Assembly (NCBI GenBank): GCA_017883265.1
Contig: JADGNX010000001.1
Coordinates: 67,361 to 131,360 of the forward strand
Origin: Thermoanaerobaculia bacterium
GTDB taxonomy: Bacteria > Acidobacteriota > Thermoanaerobaculia > Gp7-AA8
Reading direction: 5' to 3'
DNA: 64,000 bases
Shown piece by piece: positions 58,309 through 64,000 of the stretch (its first letter is position 1; each line of letters begins with the position of its first letter). Made by a program: the position numbers and the translations under genes. A model generated the notes under the pieces. The model was not told where the DNA came from. It saw only the letters and a program-made list of their open reading frames with translations, and made no database searches.

Positions 58309-60678
58309 TCACACCTTCATCAGCTTCACGTATTGCGCGATGAATTTCTTCTTGCCGACGCCGTCGAAATAGACCGAGAGTTTGGCGTCTGGTCCTTTGC
58401 CTTCGATCGTCAGGATGACGCCGACGCCGAACTGCTCGTGGCGGACGCGGGTTCCGCGCGTCAGCGTCGCCGGTTGACTGGCGCTCTCCGGTTTCGATGC
58501 CGCCGGGCGGATGGCGGAGGCATCGAATTGCACAGGCGAGTCCTTGAAGAACGCAAGGACTCCGTTGACGTTCGATGAAGGCGGTTTCGGCGCCGCAGGC
58601 TGGGTTCGAGTTTGGGGAGCCGCGGCGGGACGCGCCGCCGGAGGTGTCTGACGCGGCGTGAAACGCGACGCCGTACGATCGCCGTACATCGGTCGATCGC
58701 GCCACGACGGAGCGTTGTCCCGACCATAGGCGCGGCCCGTGGCCAACTGCATCTCCTCGCGCACTTCCTGCGGGATTTCGTTCAGAAACGGCGATGGACT
58801 CTGCTCGCGTTGCTGTCCGTGCACGCGTCGCGACAGGCAATGGATGCAGTAGAGCTGCTCGCGGGCTCGCGTCATTCCGACATAACAGAGCCGGCGCTCC
58901 TCTTCGAGGTCATCATTCTGCTCGAGAGACTGCGAATGCGGGAGTATCCCTTCTTCCATCCCGGCCAGGAAGACGACCTTGAACTCCAGACCCTTCGCCG
59001 CGTGAAGGGTCATGAGGGTCACTCCCTTCTCCGCGTCGTACCGGTCGAGGTCTGAGATCAGGGAGAGGGAATCCAGGTAGTCAGCGAGCGTGGCCGGCGA
59101 ATTGTTGTCGTGAAACTCCCGGGCCGAGTTATGCAGCTCGTCGATGTTCTGCAGCCGCGACTCGTCCTGGGGATCGCGCGAGTCGAGGAACATCCGCCGG
59201 TAGCCGGTGCGCAGAAGGAGATAGTCGAAGAATTCAGGCAGCGGGCTGGACGCGGCCATGTGCAGGTCGTTCACGATCTCCCGGAACTCCTTCACGGCGC
59301 GACGGGCGCGGTCGGTCAGGAAAGGGAGATCGCCCTCGATGACTGTCCAGAGCGGGACGTCGAGCTGACGGGCGGCTTCGTCGAGCGCTTTGACCGTCGT
59401 ATCGCCGATGCCCCGAGAGGGAACGTTGATGACGCGCTCGATCGCCGGAGTATCGTGCGGGCGCAGGGCCAGTCGAAGGTAGGAAAGAACGTCCTTGATC
59501 TCCGCCCTCTCATAGAACTTGACGCCGCCCACGACGGTGTAGGGAACATTGGCGCGCAACAACTCCTCTTCGAACGGCCTGGACTGAGCGTTGGTCCGGA
59601 AGAGTACGGCAAACTCCGACAAGGGGTGGGTCGCGCGAAGCGACTGAATCTTTTCCACCGCGAACTGCGCTTCTTCCCGCTCGCTGTCGCAAGTGACGAC
59701 GCGCACAGGCTGTCCCTGGCCTGAGTCAGTGAACAGCGTCTTTCCCTTCCGGGCGATGTTGTTGCTGACCACCCCGGTTGCTGCTCCGAGGATATTGCCG
59801 GTGGAACGATAGTTCTGCTCGAGCTTGATGATCTTTGCGCCGGGGAAGTCGCGCTCGAAGTTGAGAATGTTGTTGATGTCGGCCCCGCGGAAGCGGTAGA
59901 TCGACTGATCTTCGTCGCCGACCGCGACGACGTTCCCTTCTTTTCCGACCAGCAGCTTGATCAGGACGTACTGGGCGTGGTTGGTGTCCTGATATTCGTC
60001 GATGAGGAGGTGACGGAAGCGCGCCTGCAGCTCGAGGCGGATGTCGTCGTTCTTCTGCAGGAGCATCGCGTAATTGCCGATCAGATCGTCGAAGTCCATG
60101 GCGTCGAACTCTTTGAGCCGGCGCTGATAAAGCCGATAGACCTCGCTGATGCGCGCGCCAAAGAAATCGGTGTTGTTCTTCTCGTACTCCGCAGGACCGC
60201 AGAGCTCGTTCTTGGCCGACGAGATCTTGTTGAGCACGGTCCGCGGTGGAAAGGCATCGTCGTTGAGGTTCAGCTCTCGCATGCAACGGCGCACCAGGGT
60301 CAACTGGTCCGCCGTGTCGTAAACAACAAATGACTTGGTGAAGCCCAGGCGCTCGGCGTATCGCCGCAGGATGCGAAGAGACGTCGAATGGAACGTTCCG
60401 ATCCACGGGCGGCCCCCGCCCTGTGGAACCAGACGGTTGACCCGATCGAGCATCTCCCTGGCCGCCTTATTGGTGAAGGTGACGGCCAGAATGGAGGGCG
60501 CTGGAACGTGAGCCTCTCCGATGAGCCAGGCGATCCGATAGGTGATGACTCTGGTCTTGCCCGACCCGGCTCCGGCGAGAACGAGGAGCGGACCCTTGCC
60601 GTGTGTGACGGCTTCGCGCTGTTGTGGATTGAGGGAGGCGAGATCGATCATCGGCGGCGGCATCGTAGCGACTGCCAT
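58309..60678 (-). CDS. ATP-dependent DNA helicase UvrD/PcrA family with a C-terminal Tudor-like domain.
   Basis: Walker A GAGSGKTRV. UvrD motifs Ia through VI (e.g. VLFRTNAQSR, YVGMTRARE). A Pro/Ala-rich linker precedes the C-terminal RVRHEQFGVGVI Tudor-like fold. Confidence 0.9.
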   Translation of the reverse strand: MAVATMPPPMIDLASLNPQQREAVTHGKGPLLVLAGAGSGKTRVITYRIAWLIGEAHVPAPSILAVTFTNKAAREMLDRVNRLVPQGGGRPWIGTFHSTSLRILRRYAERLGFTKSFVVYDTADQLTLVRRCMRELNLNDDAFPPRTVLNKISSAKNELCGPAEYEKNNTDFFGARISEVYRLYQRRLKEFDAMDFDDLIGNYAMLLQKNDDIRLELQARFRHLLIDEYQDTNHAQYVLIKLLVGKEGNVVAVGDEDQSIYRFRGADINNILNFERDFPGAKIIKLEQNYRSTGNILGAATGVVSNNIARKGKTLFTDSGQGQPVRVVTCDSEREEAQFAVEKIQSLRATHPLSEFAVLFRTNAQSRPFEEELLRANVPYTVVGGVKFYERAEIKDVLSYLRLALRPHDTPAIERVINVPSRGIGDTTVKALDEAARQLDVPLWTVIEGDLPFLTDRARRAVKEFREIVNDLHMAASSPLPEFFDYLLLRTGYRRMFLDSRDPQDESRLQNIDELHNSAREFHDNNSPATLADYLDSLSLISDLDRYDAEKGVTLMTLHAAKGLEFKVVFLAGMEEGILPHSQSLEQNDDLEEERRLCYVGMTRAREQLYCIHCLSRRVHGQQREQSPSPFLNEIPQEVREEMQLATGRAYGRDNAPSWRDRPMYGDRTASRFTPRQTPPAARPAAAPQTRTQPAAPKPPSSNVNGVLAFFKDSPVQFDASAIRPAASKPESASQPATLTRGTRVRHEQFGVGVILTIEGKGPDAKLSVYFDGVGKKKFIAQYVKLMKV

Positions 60679-60797
60679 TCCAAAAAGCCACCTGACTCAA
60701 CAACCGCAGGGGGAGGCGAATTCGGCGATCTTCCGGCGGTAGAAAAGAGGGCCAAATTGCGGCGCAAACCGCAGCGGAATTGCCCATTTGTCCGCAG

Positions 60798-60845
60798 GCG
60801 CACAGACAAGAAGTGTCCGTGCAGCACAGACAGAAGTGTCTGTGC
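60798..60845. repeat. Two tandem family-2 palindromes (GCGCACAGACAAGAAGTGTCCGTGC, then GCACAGACAGAAGTGTCTGTGC) in the divergent uvrD / tatA intergenic region.
   Basis: Read directly. The second copy is a perfect 9-bp-arm hairpin. The first has one arm mismatch. Confidence 0.6.
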
Positions 60846-60948
60846 TACATACGCCAAATAATGCGCGCCTGGGAACGTCCGTGGGCTTCGTCTTGTTGCG
60901 CGAAAGGATCGGCGGGCACTACTATGGCGCCCTCTCATCGGAGGTTAC

Positions 60949-61134
60949 ATGTTCGGACTCGGATTTCCAGAGCTGCTCCTGATTCTCATCATCGTCATCG
61001 TCGTCTTTGGCGCGGGACGACTGCCGCAGCTCGGCCGTGGTCTGGGCGAGGGAATCTCGAACTTCAAGAAGGGCCTCGGCGAGGGAAAAGACGAGAGCAA
61101 GCGCATGGATGAGACCAAGAAGCCGCAGCCCTAG
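60949..61134 (+). CDS. tatA: Sec-independent protein translocase TatA/E.
   Basis: 61 aa. [42 protein letters not shown] is canonical TatA. Confidence 0.85.
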   Translation: MFGLGFPELLLILIIVIVVFGAGRLPQLGRGLGEGISNFKKGLGEGKDESKRMDETKKPQP

Positions 61135-61191
61135 GATTGAACTGTTCTCCTGACCCACCCGGGTCTTTCGTGACAGGAGACGACGGATCGC

Positions 61192-61962
61192 GTGACCTCA
61201 CCTCCCGTTCCGCTATATCAGAGCGATTTCGCCCAGACTCCGCTGCCTGAGATCCTGGTCAAGATCCAGAAGTACAACGTCGCCGGGGTCATCGACTGCC
61301 AGCGCGACGATATCAACAAGAAGATCTTCGTCGACAACGGTCATATCGTCTGGGCATCCTCGTCCGACATGAACGATTCGCTCGGGATGAAGCTCCTGCG
61401 CGAAGGGCGGATCACCCAGCAGCAGTACGAGGAAAGCGCCCGATTGATCCGGGAGAGCGGCAAGAGACAGGGAAAGATCCTCGTGGACCTCAATGCCATC
61501 GCCCCCTCCTCCCTCTTCACGCTCATCCGCGAGCAGGTTCAGGAGATCGTGTGGTCTCTTTTCGCATGGGACAGTGGAACGGTGTCCTTTGCTCCCGGAC
61601 CGTCCAAGAAGCTGGAGTTCGTCAAACTCGAGATCCCCATCGCTCGCGCCCTCATTCAGGGCATTCGCCGTATGACCGACATTCGCAGGCTGGTGGCACG
61701 CGTCGGTACGCGGGCTACCCTCGTCGAGCAAACCAGCGAAGCGGCTGCCGCCGCCGTGAACCTCCGCCTCAAGCCGGAGGAGCAGAACCTGCTCGACTCG
61801 ATCCACGGCAGAGTGACGCTGCACGAGGTCGTCAACACACCGCCGCTGACCCCCTCCGAGAACGCCAAGCTGGTCTACGCATTTCACGCTCTCCAGCTCA
61901 TCACCACCCGCATGCCAAAGGCCGTCCGGATTCAGGTCAAGACCGACAATATCGATAGTTGA
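61192..61962 (+). CDS. DUF4388 domain-containing protein.
   Basis: LPEILVKIQKYNVAGVIDCQRDDINKKIFVDNGHIVWASSS…GMKLLREGRITQQQYEE…LIREQVQEIVWSLFAWDSGTVSF follows the DUF4388 pattern. Confidence 0.55.
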   Translation: MTSPPVPLYQSDFAQTPLPEILVKIQKYNVAGVIDCQRDDINKKIFVDNGHIVWASSSDMNDSLGMKLLREGRITQQQYEESARLIRESGKRQGKILVDLNAIAPSSLFTLIREQVQEIVWSLFAWDSGTVSFAPGPSKKLEFVKLEIPIARALIQGIRRMTDIRRLVARVGTRATLVEQTSEAAAAAVNLRLKPEEQNLLDSIHGRVTLHEVVNTPPLTPSENAKLVYAFHALQLITTRMPKAVRIQVKTDNIDS

Positions 61963-61992
61963 GCGGTTCGAATTCGTGGGGTGAAAGCGGGC

Positions 61993-62850
61993 ATGCGCTG
62001 GATGATCACAGGGGCGGGCGGGATGGTGGGTCATGACCTCGTATCGGCCTTGCGAGAGACAGATGATGTCCGAGCCTTCGACAGAGCGGACCTCGACATC
62101 ACCGATGAGCCGGCAGTCACCGCGGCGTTGCGCGGTGCGAAGCCGGACGTCATCGTCAACTGCGCGGCGTATACGAGAGTCGATGAGGCGGAGAACAACG
62201 AAGCGCTGGCGACCGCCGTCAACGGTGAAGGTGTGCGGCTCCTGGCCCGGGCCGCGGACGAAGCGGGCTCGCTCCTGGTCCATCTCTCGACGGACTTCGT
62301 ATTCGACGGCAGAAAGCGCCAGCCGTACGAGATTACGGACGCCGTCGGTCCGCTGTCAGCCTACGGCCGATCCAAGCTCCTCGGCGAGCGCCATGCGTTG
62401 ACGGCCCGAAGGCATCTGGTCGTCCGCACGGCCTGGCTCTTCGGCCTTCACGGGCCCAACTTCGTCGAAGCGATCCGAAATCAGGTCATGAAGGGTAACA
62501 AGGAGTTGCGAGTGGTCAACGACCAGCGAGGCCGGCCGACCTACACGCCCCACCTCGCGCGTGCCATCGTTCGCGCTTCGCGCCTGGCCCACGCTGACCC
62601 GGAGATGGCGGGGATCATCCATTACGCCGATCGGCCGGAATGCAGCTGGTTCGATTTCGCCGCCGCCATCGTCGAAGAGCTCGGCCTCGGCGACGTGACG
62701 GTTTCTCCGGTATCGACCGCTGCCTTTCCACGCCCGGCGCCCCGCCCCGCCTACTCCGTGCTGTCGACGGAGCGGTACGAGAAGATCACGGGCATGGCGA
62801 CGGAGGAGTGGCGCCCGGGATTGCGGGAGTACCTGGCGAAACGCGCATAG
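61993..62850 (+). CDS. rfbD: dTDP-4-dehydrorhamnose reductase.
   Basis: Start at MRWMITGAGGMVG (Rossmann). The RmlD family YxxxK region is present. Confidence 0.8.
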   Translation: MRWMITGAGGMVGHDLVSALRETDDVRAFDRADLDITDEPAVTAALRGAKPDVIVNCAAYTRVDEAENNEALATAVNGEGVRLLARAADEAGSLLVHLSTDFVFDGRKRQPYEITDAVGPLSAYGRSKLLGERHALTARRHLVVRTAWLFGLHGPNFVEAIRNQVMKGNKELRVVNDQRGRPTYTPHLARAIVRASRLAHADPEMAGIIHYADRPECSWFDFAAAIVEELGLGDVTVSPVSTAAFPRPAPRPAYSVLSTERYEKITGMATEEWRPGLREYLAKRA

Positions 62851-62951
62851 GCGGGATCTTCCTGGAGACGGCGGTTCGCTCCTGTCAACAACCTTCCCGG
62901 GCCCGAGCGCGCACCCGGTTCTTGACTCTCAAATTTCAAATATGTTTGGGA

Positions 62952-63692
62952 TTAGGGCCGTCGAGCGTAGACCAGGTATTCGACGTTTCCCTCCGCCCCT
63001 TTGATGGGGCTCTCGATCAGACCGACGACGGAAAAACCGAGACTCTCGAGAGTTGCTTTCACCGCGCCAACGGCGGCCTCACGCTTCGCGACGTCCCGGA
63101 CGATGCCACCCTTGCCGACATCGGCCTTGCCTACCTCGAATTGTGGCTTGATCAAAGCGACCAGCTCGCCACCAGCACGGAGAATCCCGACAAGTGGTGG
63201 AAGAATCAGCTTGAGCGGAATGAAGGAGACGTCGATCGACACGAAGTCGATCGGTTCGTCGAAATCATCAGCGCTCAGGTAGCGGGCGTTGACGCGCTCG
63301 CGGTTGACGACGCGCGGGTCGTTTCTCAGCGAGGCGTCGATCTGGCCGTAGCCGACGTCGACGGCGTACACCCGCGCGGCCCCGCTCTTGAGCATCACAT
63401 CGGTGAAGCCTCCGGTGGAGGCGCCGATGTCGAGACAGGTGCGGCCTTCGAGACCGATGCCGAATTCTTCGACGGCATGCGCCAGTTTGATCCCTCCTCT
63501 TCCGACCCAGGGATGATCGAGGGCCACGACTCGCAGCTCATCGTCGGCCGCAATCGCAGTTCCCGGCTTGTCGACGCAGCGCTCGTTGACCGTGACGCGG
63601 CGGGCCATGATGAGCGCCTGAGCCCTGGAACGGGTCTCCACCAGGCCGCGCTCGGTGAGCGCTACGTCGAGGCGTGTGCGCGATGGCTTCAT
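62952..63692 (-). CDS. tlyA: TlyA-family rRNA (cytidine-2'-O)-methyltransferase, with an S4 domain plus FtsJ-like MTase.
   Basis: N-terminal S4 (RLDVALTERGLVETRSRAQALIMARRV). SAM-binding LDIGASTGGFTDV. Confidence 0.85.
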   Translation of the reverse strand: MKPSRTRLDVALTERGLVETRSRAQALIMARRVTVNERCVDKPGTAIAADDELRVVALDHPWVGRGGIKLAHAVEEFGIGLEGRTCLDIGASTGGFTDVMLKSGAARVYAVDVGYGQIDASLRNDPRVVNRERVNARYLSADDFDEPIDFVSIDVSFIPLKLILPPLVGILRAGGELVALIKPQFEVGKADVGKGGIVRDVAKREAAVGAVKATLESLGFSVVGLIESPIKGAEGNVEYLVYARRP

Positions 63693-63743
63693 GACCGATC
63701 GGTTTGAGGCGCTCCGCGCGGGCCGTCGGGCGCCGGCTTGCGG

Positions 63744-64000
63744 TCAGATCTTTGAGGCCAGACGGGGACGTTCGCTGTCCCGTTGTGCGATGAAGCGGCG
63801 GACGCGCGCGGCGATGCCTTCCGGTTGCAGATCGAATTGCGCGCGAAGGACATCCTGCGTCCCATGATGGACGTACTCGTCGGGAATGCCGATGCAATGG
63901 AACTCGACCTCGCGGATCTCCAGCTGCTGCACCCTCTCCATGACCGCGGAGCCGAACCCCCCGGCCAGAGAGCCCTCCTCGACCGTGATGATGCGAGCGC
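63744..64000 (-). CDS. dxs: 1-deoxy-D-xylulose-5-phosphate synthase, C-terminal fragment. The gene continues beyond the window end.
   Basis: …IITVEEGSLAGGFGSAVMERVQQLEIREVEFHCIGIPDEYVHHGTQDVLRAQFDLQPEGIAARVRRFIAQ matches the DXS transketolase C-terminal domain. Confidence 0.85.
   Translation of the reverse strand, partial: ARIITVEEGSLAGGFGSAVMERVQQLEIREVEFHCIGIPDEYVHHGTQDVLRAQFDLQPEGIAARVRRFIAQRDSERPRLASKI

Overview
This is a high-GC (~65%) bacterial chromosomal segment. Its gene content points to an Acidobacteriota-like, Gram-negative organism, but that is inference: I see ECF sigma / anti-sigma / DUF4097 modules, a TonB with SH3b domains, a giant IPT/TIG surface protein and OM beta-barrels. 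The window is almost entirely coding and mostly housekeeping. Recognised genes include selB (5' partial), polA, moaD/moaE, argF, gcvT-H-PA-PB, a xerC/D-type recombinase, pyrE, an HMG-CoA lyase, proS, thiC with a clear TPP riboswitch, a moeB/thiF-rhodanese fusion, hbd, uvrD/pcrA, tatA, rfbD, tlyA and dxs (3' partial). I found no rRNA, tRNA, CRISPR array, IS element or prophage. The most unusual content is non-coding. There are two families of short palindromic intergenic repeats (REP-like): family 1 with three good copies plus one degenerate copy, and family 2 with three copies, two of them tandem. There are also two heptamer arrays in divergent promoter regions, and a 435-bp low-GC spacer upstream of polA. 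Among coding features, the most unusual are an AI-2E (PerM-type) transporter fused to a cobalamin-binding-like domain that lacks the canonical His ligand, a recent tandem duplication of a cyclophilin gene in which one copy is secreted and one cytoplasmic, two paralogous ECF sigma / anti-sigma / beta-helix modules, and an orphan fused NirDL/AhbAB-type siroheme-decarboxylase homologue. Where I give start sites that differ from the ORF track, they were chosen from SD motifs, signal peptides and stop/start coupling. All homology calls come from motif recognition by eye and need database confirmation.
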